In this document: in pieces, positions 48,268 through 56,758 of the stretch
Position numbering within the stretch: position 1 is the first letter of the stretch
Layout: the number at the start of each line of letters is the position of its first letter
Assembly: GCA_040388575.1 (NCBI GenBank)
Contig: JAZKBO010000001.1
Location: 6,549 to 70,548, forward strand
DNA length: 64,000 nucleotides
Direction of reading: 5' to 3'
Origin: Patescibacteria group bacterium
Lineage (GTDB): Bacteria > Patescibacteriota > Minisyncoccia > Phycocordibacterales > UBA9973
Made by a program: the position numbers and the translations under genes
Notes under the pieces: model-generated
Told to the model about the DNA's origin: nothing
What the model saw: only the letters and a program-made list of their open reading frames with translations
The model's database searches: none

Positions 48268-48747
48268 TTACTGCCGTAGGTGGGCGAAGGCGGTAATAGC
48301 AATAGCGATAGCATCTAATTCATCGTCGGAGGCCTTGGATTCATCGATATCTACTAGCATTTTAACCATCCTATTTATCTGTTTTTTATCCGAGCGACCG
48401 TAGCCAGTGGTGGCTATCTTTATCTGGGGAGGGGAAGCTTCAAAAACTTGAAGGCCTGCTTGTTTTGCTTCATATATAACCACCCCACGAGCTTCCGCCA
48501 CATGCATTACTGTCTTTTGGTTGGTATTTAAAAATAATGTCTCAATAGATAGTACTTCCGGTTTGTATTTTTTAATTATTTTTTTAACTTCATCTCCAAT
48601 CAAACATAACCTATCCGCAAATTCTAACTTTGCTGACGTTTTAAAACACTGTGAAAATATTACTTGCTCTTTTTTATCCCCCTTTTCTTTTTCTAATACC
48701 GCCACCCCCAATCGCTCAAACCCGGGGTCAATTCCTAAAATTCTCAT
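48268..48747 (-). CDS. ruvC: Holliday junction resolvase RuvC
   Basis: ILGIDPG, IETLF, EARGV, DDELDAIAIA. Confidence 0.95.
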   Translation of the reverse strand: MRILGIDPGFERLGVAVLEKEKGDKKEQVIFSQCFKTSAKLEFADRLCLIGDEVKKIIKKYKPEVLSIETLFLNTNQKTVMHVAEARGVVIYEAKQAGLQVFEASPPQIKIATTGYGRSDKKQINRMVKMLVDIDESKASDDELDAIAIAITAFAHLRQ

Positions 48748-48896
48748 ACCCAAAGTTTAACACTTTTAATCACACTTAATTATCCACAAGGCTTATTGCC
48801 ATTCAATATTACTTGTAATACCATATAAATGACGCAGCTCCTTGGTAAAGTAAGTGCTCCATTCACCCGAATCCCGGGAGGCTGCGTCACAACGAG

Positions 48897-49124
48897 GTGA
48901 CGAATGACCCGAACGACCACGGCCACGCGCGGAGCTCCGAAGATGGCGGCCAGCTCCACCCATGCGAATGCGAACCAGGTCCGGCAGGCGAAGCAGGGCG
49001 GCGGCACGAACGAGGCGACGGGCACCACGAAGGCGGCGTAGCCAAGCCGGGGCGGGGGAGGCCATCGGGCTTCCCCTCGCCTCGGCGAGGTACAGTATTC
49101 TTCCTGTCTGAAGAAAATCGCTGA
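48897..49124 (+). CDS. GC-rich small ORF(s), frame uncertain
   Basis: Promoter-like TTGCCA-N17-TACCAT (48796-48824), GGAGG/GAGGTG SDs, downstream hairpin at 49140-49187; alternative ORF MTRTTTATRG... from 48904. Confidence 0.35.
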   Translation: MTNDPNDHGHARSSEDGGQLHPCECEPGPAGEAGRRHERGDGHHEGGVAKPGRGRPSGFPSPRRGTVFFLSEENR

Positions 49125-49209
49125 TTAATTTCAGCACTTAGGGTCGCAAGTTGATCCTTTCACTGTAAAGTGTCCTTGCGGCCCTTTTCAATTGTCTTTT
49201 TGTGCCTTT

Positions 49210-50229
49210 TTATAAAAGTTTATCTTGCTTGTCACTAGTCTTCATTCCTAAATGCGCGTAGGCTTTCTTAGTAGCTACTCGCCCGCGGGCGGTGCGCTCG
49301 AGAAGGCCGAGCTGGATTAAGTAGGGTTCAATAACTTCCTCAATTGTTGCCTCCTCTTCCGACATCGCCGCGCCTATTGTTTTCAAGCCTACCGGTCCAC
49401 CTTCGAATTTTTTAATAAGTACTTCTAAAAATTTTCTATCCGATGCGTTAAGCCCAATATCATCCACTGAAAGCATCTCTAAGGCCTCTTGCACTGTCTT
49501 TTGATCCAAACTTTTTTTATTTACTTGCGCAAAGTCACGCACACGCTTCAAGAAATAGTTGGCAGTGCGCGGAGTAAAGCGGCTGCGCTTAGCAATTTCT
49601 TGCAGCGCCCCTTGATCTAATTTTATTTCTAAAAGTTTACTGGACCTATCTACAATTTTTGCGATCTCATCATCGGAATAAAATTCTAAACGGAAAACCC
49701 CACCAGAGAATCGCGAGCGAAGAGGGGAGGAGATAAGTGCCACTCGAGTTGTAGCTGCGATTAATGTAAAAGGTGGCAGGTCGAGCTGAATAGTACGAGC
49801 GGAGGGGCCCTTGCCGATAATAATGTCGAGCACACCGGATTCCATCGCCGGATACAATATTTCCTCCACCATTTTATTGAGGCGGTGGATCTCATCTATA
49901 AAAAGGATGTCGCCAGAGGCAAGGTTGGTAAGTATAGAGGCCAAGTCACCCACTTTTTCTATTGCAGGACCCGAAGTTATCTTCATTTGGCGCCCAGTTT
50001 CCTTGGCTATTAGGTGCGCTAACGTGGTCTTGCCAAGCCCAGGCGGCCCATAGAAGAGGATGTGCTCTGGGATGTGTTTACGCTCCTCGGCAGCCCTAAG
50101 GAGGATTTTAACGTTGTCTTTTATGTGTTTTTGGCCAATATACTCATCCCAGCGGGTAGGGCGCAGGGTTTGGTCTAGAAAGGCTTCATCCATTGGTTCT
50201 TTTGGTTTTTTTGTTTTTTCGCTTGACAT
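49210..50229 (-). CDS. ruvB: Holliday junction branch migration helicase RuvB
   Basis: LRP..W.EYIGQ, GPPGLGKTT, FIDEIHRL, EPYL.Q.G. Confidence 0.97.
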   Translation of the reverse strand: MSSEKTKKPKEPMDEAFLDQTLRPTRWDEYIGQKHIKDNVKILLRAAEERKHIPEHILFYGPPGLGKTTLAHLIAKETGRQMKITSGPAIEKVGDLASILTNLASGDILFIDEIHRLNKMVEEILYPAMESGVLDIIIGKGPSARTIQLDLPPFTLIAATTRVALISSPLRSRFSGGVFRLEFYSDDEIAKIVDRSSKLLEIKLDQGALQEIAKRSRFTPRTANYFLKRVRDFAQVNKKSLDQKTVQEALEMLSVDDIGLNASDRKFLEVLIKKFEGGPVGLKTIGAAMSEEEATIEEVIEPYLIQLGLLERTARGRVATKKAYAHLGMKTSDKQDKLL

Positions 50230-50364
50230 CAGCTTTATATTATGCTATACTAGCAAAGTAAGGGATTTATCAACATGCTATCAACATAGCTATGCACATT
50301 ATAGCATTTGCTGATATTGGCATCATAGTATACTTCCTTAGTAAGTTCTTTGAGGAGTTTTTTT

Positions 50365-50520
50365 AAGAAGGCATTAATCTCTAAGCAATCAGCCACCGGT
50401 TATACGGATTTGCATAGGACGTTCTGGTTACTTTAATTAGTTTACTGGAGCTATCCTCTAATAATTTGTTACTCTTGGGGCCTAGCCCCGAAAGGATTGT
50501 TTAGAGATTAGTGCTTTTTT
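50365..50520 (+). ncRNA. Rod-shaped ncRNA candidate, 6S RNA-like
   Basis: 23-26 bp closing stem (AAGGCATTAATCTCTAAGCAATC / GATTGTTTAGAGATTAGTGCTTT) whose deviations are all G-U; central bubble; apical stem; upstream TATACT. Confidence 0.6.
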
Positions 50521-50537
50521 TATTTAAGTAACACTAA

Positions 50538-52232
50538 CTATTCTTCGATTAGATCTACCGCACCTTGAACCTCGTCAAAGGAGGTAATACCACCTAGAAT
50601 TTTTATTAGGCCATCTTGGCGCATAGAGAGTATGCCTTGAGTCTTGGCAACTTTTTTAATTTCACGCTCACTTGGATTCTCTAGAATTATTTTTTCAATA
50701 TTTTCGTCAGTTTGGATAGCTTCGAAGATTCCTATTTGTCCGGAGTAGCCAGTCATATTACATTTCTCACAACCAACAGGGAAGAAGAGCTTCGCAGGCA
50801 CTTCATGAAGATTAAACTTAGCTAAATCTTTACCCTCTTCCTTCATTCCTGTCACAATAGCTTGCAGTATTTTAATTTCAGATCCTCCTGGCTCCTTTTC
50901 AGTTTTACATTCTTTACACAAACGGCGCACGAGTCGCTGAGCCATTGATAGGGATAACGCGGAACCCATTATTTTAGGATTAACACCAAGGTCAATCAAG
51001 CGGGGGATGACGCCAGCAGCGTTGTTAGTGTGGAGGGTGGAGAAGACCATGTGGCCAGTGAGTGCTGACTGCACTGCAATCTCTGCAGTGTCATTGTCAC
51101 GGATTTCACCCACCATTATCACATCCGGGTCCTGGCGCAGCGCCGAGCGTAGTCCTTCCGGAAAAGTGTAGCCTTTATTAAGGTTAACTTGGGTTTGGGT
51201 TATGCCAGGCAGGTGGTACTCAACAGGGTCCTCAATGGTAATGATGTTAATCTCGGTAGAATAAATTTTACGCAAGAATGCGTATAAAGTCGTAGTCTTA
51301 CCGGAGCCAGTGGGGCCGGTTACTAGGATAAGACCATTCGGCTTCTTTATTTCTTTTTCAATAAGGCTAAATAGGTACGGCTCTATTCCAAGCTGTTCAA
51401 TAGGTACTTGAATAGATTTAGGGTCAAGTATACGCATAACCATAGACTCACCATATGTACCAGGGATGAGTGAGGTACGCACATTTATCTCTTCATCACC
51501 CTCCGTAATACTAAAGCGTCCATCTTGGGAAGTTTTAGAAGTAAGTTTCATGCCAGAGAGGAGCTTGATGCGAGAGTTTAGAAGATGATAAATATCCATA
51601 CCAAAAAATCCTACATCTTGGAGGATACCGTCTAGGCGCAAGCGCAACTTACCTTGCTCCTTTTCTGGTTCGATATGAATGTCGGAAGCTTTAATAGCAA
51701 TTGCGCCTGCTAAAATAACTTCAAGCAAGCGAGTAATTTTATGAATTTTGTTTTCCTTCAATACTTCAGTCATTAAATTACTGATGTCTTGCATCTTATG
51801 AATATCTTTGGCTGTGTTTCTTAAAATTTCTACCGAAATATCCACCCCACCTACCTGTGAGCTTTCCGCCATGGAGAGTTCTTGATAGCGCTCCCATACT
51901 TTTTCGAGGGAGGCGAGAGATGCCATATAAAAAGTAGGTAATAAATTCTTTCGCTCCAACATTTCTTTAATTTTTGCAAAAAGGTCATCTTGGGGGGAGC
52001 GCACCGCGATTAAAATATTTTTACCAGAGAGTTTAAAAGGAGCCACTTTCATAGCTCGCGCATCATCCTCTGGGATTGCCCTTAGGGCTTCGTTATCCAC
52101 CACATAATGATAGAGGTTAATATAAGGGAGGCCGTATTTAGAAGTTGCTAAAGTTTCTACCAATTGTTCCTCTTCAGTTTTATGTAGTTCATCCAGCTCC
52201 TTATTCTGCTTTTCTTCGTCGAAGTCTGCCAT
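50538..52232 (-). CDS. GspE/PilB-family pilus assembly ATPase
   Basis: ASDIHIEP, GPTGSGKTT, TIEDPVEY, LRQDPD..MVGEIRD, TGH...STLH, CxxC pairs. Confidence 0.93.
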   Translation of the reverse strand: MADFDEEKQNKELDELHKTEEEQLVETLATSKYGLPYINLYHYVVDNEALRAIPEDDARAMKVAPFKLSGKNILIAVRSPQDDLFAKIKEMLERKNLLPTFYMASLASLEKVWERYQELSMAESSQVGGVDISVEILRNTAKDIHKMQDISNLMTEVLKENKIHKITRLLEVILAGAIAIKASDIHIEPEKEQGKLRLRLDGILQDVGFFGMDIYHLLNSRIKLLSGMKLTSKTSQDGRFSITEGDEEINVRTSLIPGTYGESMVMRILDPKSIQVPIEQLGIEPYLFSLIEKEIKKPNGLILVTGPTGSGKTTTLYAFLRKIYSTEINIITIEDPVEYHLPGITQTQVNLNKGYTFPEGLRSALRQDPDVIMVGEIRDNDTAEIAVQSALTGHMVFSTLHTNNAAGVIPRLIDLGVNPKIMGSALSLSMAQRLVRRLCKECKTEKEPGGSEIKILQAIVTGMKEEGKDLAKFNLHEVPAKLFFPVGCEKCNMTGYSGQIGIFEAIQTDENIEKIILENPSEREIKKVAKTQGILSMRQDGLIKILGGITSFDEVQGAVDLIEE

Positions 52233-52269
52233 CGGATTAAATTATATCTTAAATGGTATAATTTCCATA

Positions 52270-54720
52270 ATGAAAAAGAATGATAAAAAGAGCTCGCAGA
52301 CGCTGGTTTTGCTGGATGCGCATGCCATAATTCACCGCGCATACCATGCCTTGCCGGACTTCATGTCATCTCGCGGGGAGCCTACCGGGGCCCTGTATGG
52401 ACTTTCGAGTATGTTGATGAAGATTATCCCAGAGCTAAAACCGGATTACATAGTGGCTTGTTATGATTTGCCGGGGAAAACCTTTCGGCATGAGGCCTAT
52501 GATGATTATAAGGCTGGCCGAGCTAAGACGGATGAAGCCCTCATAGCTCAATTGAAAAAGTCTAGGCAGATTTTCGAGGCTTTTAATATACCCATTTACG
52601 ACGCTCCCGGATTTGAAGCGGATGACGTGCTCGGCACCATTGTAGAAAAATTAAAAAAAGATAAAACCAAAAATATTATCATCGCCTCGGGAGACATGGA
52701 CACCATGCAGCTGGTAGATGATAAAAAAGTGCAGATATATACATTGAAAAAGGGGATTACAGACACCATTTTATATGATGAGGACAAAGTAGTAGAGAGG
52801 TTTGGCTTTAAGCCATTACTTTTGCCAGACTATAAAGGCTTGCGTGGAGACCCGTCTGACAACATTATTGGTATTAAGGGCATAGGTGAAAAAACTGCCA
52901 CTACGCTCATTACCCAATTTGGCACCATTGAGGAAATTTATAAAAAAATTAAGAAGGAACCGGAAAGTTTTGCTAAAGCAGGGTTAAGCCCACGACTAAT
53001 TGAGCTTATTAAAAATAATGAAGAAGAGGCTATTTTTTCCAAAACTCTAGCAAAAATACGACGTGATGCGCCAGTAGACTTCAAAATACCAGACAAAACA
53101 TTCTGGGAAGCCGCCGATCTTAAAAAAATTGAAAAGATGTTTGCAGATTTTGAATTTCGATCCCTCTTTACTCGCTTGAAAAACTTTTTCGGCAAAGGCG
53201 AGAAGCAAAACCCGGGAGCGAATTTAGCAGAATTTTCTCAGGTCCTCGGATCTCCGGGGCCCCACACCCCGGCCAGACCGTTCCAAAATTCTCTAAATTC
53301 GCTCCCGGAAAAAAAAGTTGACGCTACTAAACTTCAAGAAGCGAGTATCGCCTTGTGGCTTATTAATTCCGACATAGCCAACCCGACATTGGAGGATATT
53401 TTTCTTTTTTCTAGAACTGAAGTATTCGAAGATGCGTACGAATTTATTTTTAAAAAGTTAAAGGAGAATAACTTAACCCTGGTATATGAAGAAATAGAAA
53501 AACCAATAATGCCTGTGGTGGAGGCAATGCAGGACTACGGAGTTTTGATTGATCAAAAATATTTTGAAAAACTATCTACAGAATATCATAAAGAGCTGGA
53601 CCTACTAACGGCTAAGATTTATAAAATGGCGGGAACGGAGTTCAATATCAACTCGCCCAAGCAATTAGGGGAGGTGCTATTCGGCAAAATGGGCTTGAAA
53701 ACTAAGAAGAAAGGAGCAAATGGGGCATTCTCGACCAAGATTTCAGTCTTAGAAGAGCTAGAAGAAGGCAACCCAATCATTAGTGAAATCATGGCTTACC
53801 GCGAGCTTCAAAAGTTACTTTCAACCTATATCGATGTCATCCCGAAGATGGTATCTCCCGATGGACGCTTGCATGCTAAGTTTATCCAAAATGGGTCTAC
53901 TACCGGCAGATTTTCTTCCCAAGATCCGAATTTGCAAAATTTACCAATCAAAAGTGAACTCGGTAAAAGAATCCGCGGTGGGTTCGTGGCGGCAAAGGGC
54001 TATAAACTTTCAGCTTTTGATTACAGCCAGATTGAACTGCGAGTTGCGGCGATGCTCTCGGGTGATAAAAACATGACTCAAATTTTTAAAGATAGGAAGG
54101 ACATTCATGCGGGTGTAGCCTCCCGCGTTTTCGGCGTGCCGATAGATAAAATAGATGCGGAAATGCGTCGTCAAGCAAAAGTTATAAACTTCGGTATCAT
54201 TTATGGCATGGGCGTTACTGCACTGCGTAAAAACTTGGGTGGCACCCGTGAAGAAGCGCAAAAATTTTACGATAATTACTTCAATCAATTTTCTGGCGTT
54301 AGGGAATACATGGAAGAAGTTAAAAAGTTTGCAGTTGAGCATACATATACTGAGACGTTGTTTGGTAGGCGTAGATATTTCCCCAACATTCGATCCCGAA
54401 TTCCATTCCTAAAAAATATGGCAGAGCGTACTGCTACTAATGCACCACTACAAGGTACCGCTGCGGATATTATCAAGCTGGCTATCAGATATGCCAATGA
54501 AGATATTATAAAAGCTGGGTTACAAGACAAGGTCCACCTCATACTTCAAATCCACGATGAGTTGGTATATGAAATAAAAGACGAGGCATTAAGTGAAGCT
54601 GACGCAATAATAAAAAAAGCCATGGAGGCTGTGTTGCAAAGCTCATATTTGCATTACAAAACCGATATTCCACTCATTGTTCACTCCGGTTCCGGCAATA
54701 ATTTAGAGGAGGTAAAATAG
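52270..54720 (+). CDS. polA: DNA polymerase I (3'-5' exo region reduced; contains in-frame palindromic insert)
   Basis: 5'-3' exo (EADD, GDPSDNI.G.KGIG.KTA) and Pol A motifs (DYSQIELR, K..NFG..YG, QIHDEL). Confidence 0.96.
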   Translation: MKKNDKKSSQTLVLLDAHAIIHRAYHALPDFMSSRGEPTGALYGLSSMLMKIIPELKPDYIVACYDLPGKTFRHEAYDDYKAGRAKTDEALIAQLKKSRQIFEAFNIPIYDAPGFEADDVLGTIVEKLKKDKTKNIIIASGDMDTMQLVDDKKVQIYTLKKGITDTILYDEDKVVERFGFKPLLLPDYKGLRGDPSDNIIGIKGIGEKTATTLITQFGTIEEIYKKIKKEPESFAKAGLSPRLIELIKNNEEEAIFSKTLAKIRRDAPVDFKIPDKTFWEAADLKKIEKMFADFEFRSLFTRLKNFFGKGEKQNPGANLAEFSQVLGSPGPHTPARPFQNSLNSLPEKKVDATKLQEASIALWLINSDIANPTLEDIFLFSRTEVFEDAYEFIFKKLKENNLTLVYEEIEKPIMPVVEAMQDYGVLIDQKYFEKLSTEYHKELDLLTAKIYKMAGTEFNINSPKQLGEVLFGKMGLKTKKKGANGAFSTKISVLEELEEGNPIISEIMAYRELQKLLSTYIDVIPKMVSPDGRLHAKFIQNGSTTGRFSSQDPNLQNLPIKSELGKRIRGGFVAAKGYKLSAFDYSQIELRVAAMLSGDKNMTQIFKDRKDIHAGVASRVFGVPIDKIDAEMRRQAKVINFGIIYGMGVTALRKNLGGTREEAQKFYDNYFNQFSGVREYMEEVKKFAVEHTYTETLFGRRRYFPNIRSRIPFLKNMAERTATNAPLQGTAADIIKLAIRYANEDIIKAGLQDKVHLILQIHDELVYEIKDEALSEADAIIKKAMEAVLQSSYLHYKTDIPLIVHSGSGNNLEEVK
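53212..53308 (+). repeat. Intragenic palindromic element, copy 2 (in polA)
   Basis: Arms CCGGGAGCGAATTTAG(C)AGAATTTT / AAAATTCTCTAAATTCGCTCCCGG; core with CCGGGG-CCCCACA-CCCCGG hairpin; encodes PGANLAEFSQVLGSPGPHTPARPFQNSLNSLP. Confidence 0.92.
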
Positions 54721-54743
54721 TTAAATTATGCTACAATTAGGGC

Positions 54744-55229
54744 ATGAATCCTGAAAGTGCAGAGGAAAACAAGCCGGGAGAGGATGCATTTACTATTCAC
54801 CACGTATTGGCGCATTCTTACTTATTTTATTTCCTACTTTTCCTTTTCGGCACGATATTAGACTTTTTTATCCCTATAAGCCTCTTTAATAATCCTGTTT
54901 TTAGGCCGATTGGTTTTGTCATTCTAGTTTTAGCATCGCTTCTAATTATCTGGGCTCAAAGGACATCTATTGCTTTGAGAAAAATTGAAAAGATTAACAA
55001 AGAGGCCTTTTGCCGGGGGCCATATTGCTACACCAGGAGCCCAACCCATTGGGGCCTATTCCTATTAATGTTAGGTTTTAGCATTATTGCTAATGCAGGA
55101 TTTGTGGCGATGTTTACTATCGTTGCTTTTGCGGTTACTAAATTCGTATTCCTGCGTAAAGAAGAAGCTATCCTGGCTGCTAAATATGGAACGCCCTACC
55201 TCGAATATAAAAAATTTGTAAAGTTCTAG
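54744..55229 (+). CDS. Isoprenylcysteine carboxyl methyltransferase / PEMT-family membrane protein
   Basis: GPY.YTRSP...G, EE..L..KYG..Y.EY. Confidence 0.8.
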   Translation: MNPESAEENKPGEDAFTIHHVLAHSYLFYFLLFLFGTILDFFIPISLFNNPVFRPIGFVILVLASLLIIWAQRTSIALRKIEKINKEAFCRGPYCYTRSPTHWGLFLLMLGFSIIANAGFVAMFTIVAFAVTKFVFLRKEEAILAAKYGTPYLEYKKFVKF

Positions 55230-55232
55230 CCA

Positions 55233-55880
55233 ATGATTTACCTTTTTGCCGGAGACGATACCAAGAAGAAGCTTAGTAATTACGAAGATTTTATGAAATC
55301 TGTGCCGACTAGCACCGAAATTTTCTCCATCGGTCGCAATAATTTTAATAAGAATCAAATAGAGAGTTTATACAGCGGGTCAGGACTCTTTTTCAATAAA
55401 AGCGCCGCAATATTTGAAAGTATACTAGAGAGGGAAGAACATCGGGATTTTGTTATGGACAAGATGCTGCTGATGGGGGAGTCTACAAATAACTTTATTT
55501 TCCTGGAAAGTAAATTAAATAAACCTATCTTGGACTTATTTAAAAAGTCTCGCGCCCAAATAAATATATTTGAATTACCAAAAGAAAAGAAAGAAAAATT
55601 CGATAATTTTCTAGTGGCGAATGCTTTTGCGGCTAAAGACAAGCTGAATCTTTGGATATATTTCCGCCAAGCTACCGATCTAGGCGTAGCCATGGAAGAG
55701 TTAACCGGGGTAATCTTTTGGAAAATTAAAGATATGATCCTACGTAAGAACTTTAGTAAATTTACAGAAGAAGAATTAAAGAAATTTGCTGGCAAACTAT
55801 CATACCTGCTACCTGAAGCTCGCAAGGAAGGCCGCGATGCAGAAGCAGCGATGGAACAATTTCTCCTGGAAGTTTTTTAA
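55233..55880 (+). CDS. DNA polymerase III delta subunit-like (HolA), shortened
   Basis: MIYLFAGDD start, SGLFF motif, C-terminal EQFLL; family call is inference. Confidence 0.55.
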   Translation: MIYLFAGDDTKKKLSNYEDFMKSVPTSTEIFSIGRNNFNKNQIESLYSGSGLFFNKSAAIFESILEREEHRDFVMDKMLLMGESTNNFIFLESKLNKPILDLFKKSRAQINIFELPKEKKEKFDNFLVANAFAAKDKLNLWIYFRQATDLGVAMEELTGVIFWKIKDMILRKNFSKFTEEELKKFAGKLSYLLPEARKEGRDAEAAMEQFLLEVF

Positions 55881-55903
55881 AAATCTGGTATTATGAGCAA
55901 CAC

Positions 55904-55976
55904 GCGCCCGTAGCTCAGTCGGTAGAGCAGATCCCTTTTAAGGATAAGGTCGTTGGTTCGATCCCAACCGGGCGCA
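55904..55976 (+). tRNA. tRNA-Lys(UUU), CCA not encoded
   Basis: GCGCCCG/CGGGCGC acceptor stem, D-arm GCTC/GAGC, anticodon loop CTTTTAA, T-loop GTTCGAT. Confidence 0.95.
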
Positions 55977-55982
55977 CATTGA

Positions 55983-56537
55983 TTACCCTTGTTTTTTAAG
56001 CCAGTCAATCATTTTCTGGTATGTTGTTGGGCCAGTTTGGCCGTCGGCTTTGAGACCCACGGCTTTTTGAAATGCAATTACATTAGCCGTAGTAGACTTT
56101 CCAAAGTCGTTATCTACCTTATTTGAGGTTTTATTGTAAATATTGAAGAAGGTTTGTAAGGTTCCTACGCGAGTGCCTTGTGATTTTTCCTTCATTACCA
56201 CTTTATCAGTAATGAGCTTTTGTAAATCATTTATTAAACTTTGGTATTTATAGGTAGTAGTGGTTTTAGCTGGCGTTGGGGAGGGAGTTGGCGCAGGCGC
56301 AGGAGTTGGGGCCACCACGGGAGTAGGTGTGGGTGCCGGAGGCTGGATAGCTGCCAATTGATCTTGCAGTTTCAAAACTTGATCTTTCAGAGTTTGGTTT
56401 TCTTCCTCCAGGGCCTTCTCTTTTTGCCTGGTGGCATGGATATCACCTGGTTCAATGCTGAGTACTGCCCAGTAGCCGACTAAGCCAATGATTGCCAGGG
56501 TTATTATGGAGAAAAGAATAAATTTTACATTAGCCAT
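55983..56537 (-). CDS. Membrane-anchored peptidoglycan-binding domain protein
   Basis: N-terminal TM, coiled coil, Pro/Thr linker, PG_binding_1 motif FQKAVGLKADGQTGPTT. Confidence 0.85.
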   Translation of the reverse strand: MANVKFILFSIITLAIIGLVGYWAVLSIEPGDIHATRQKEKALEEENQTLKDQVLKLQDQLAAIQPPAPTPTPVVAPTPAPAPTPSPTPAKTTTTYKYQSLINDLQKLITDKVVMKEKSQGTRVGTLQTFFNIYNKTSNKVDNDFGKSTTANVIAFQKAVGLKADGQTGPTTYQKMIDWLKKQG

Positions 56538-56581
56538 GGGTATATTATAGCAAAAAAACCAAAGAGGGGTATAATATAAGT

Positions 56582-56716
56582 ATGTTCAAAATTTCCGAGC
56601 TTAATCGAACACTCCTGTTTATGCTCATTTTCACAGTAATTAGCTCAGCTATCGCGTTTCATATTATAGTTACCGGTTATAGTACTATTTTTGATCTAGC
56701 ATCTGCTGCTCAATAA
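56582..56716 (+). CDS. 44-aa single-TM small protein
   Basis: MFKISELNRTLLFMLIFTVISSAIAFHIIVTGYSTIFDLASAAQ directly after TATAAT. Confidence 0.5.
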   Translation: MFKISELNRTLLFMLIFTVISSAIAFHIIVTGYSTIFDLASAAQ

Positions 56717-56758
56717 AGTCTTTCTCAATATTTCTTTTGATTGTGATAGGATAGGTAA

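Noticed and set aside
50365-50520. Candidate RNA as SRP RNA or 5S rRNA
   Set aside because: It lacks the SRP domain IV motif and 5S conserved sequences; the architecture fits 6S better.
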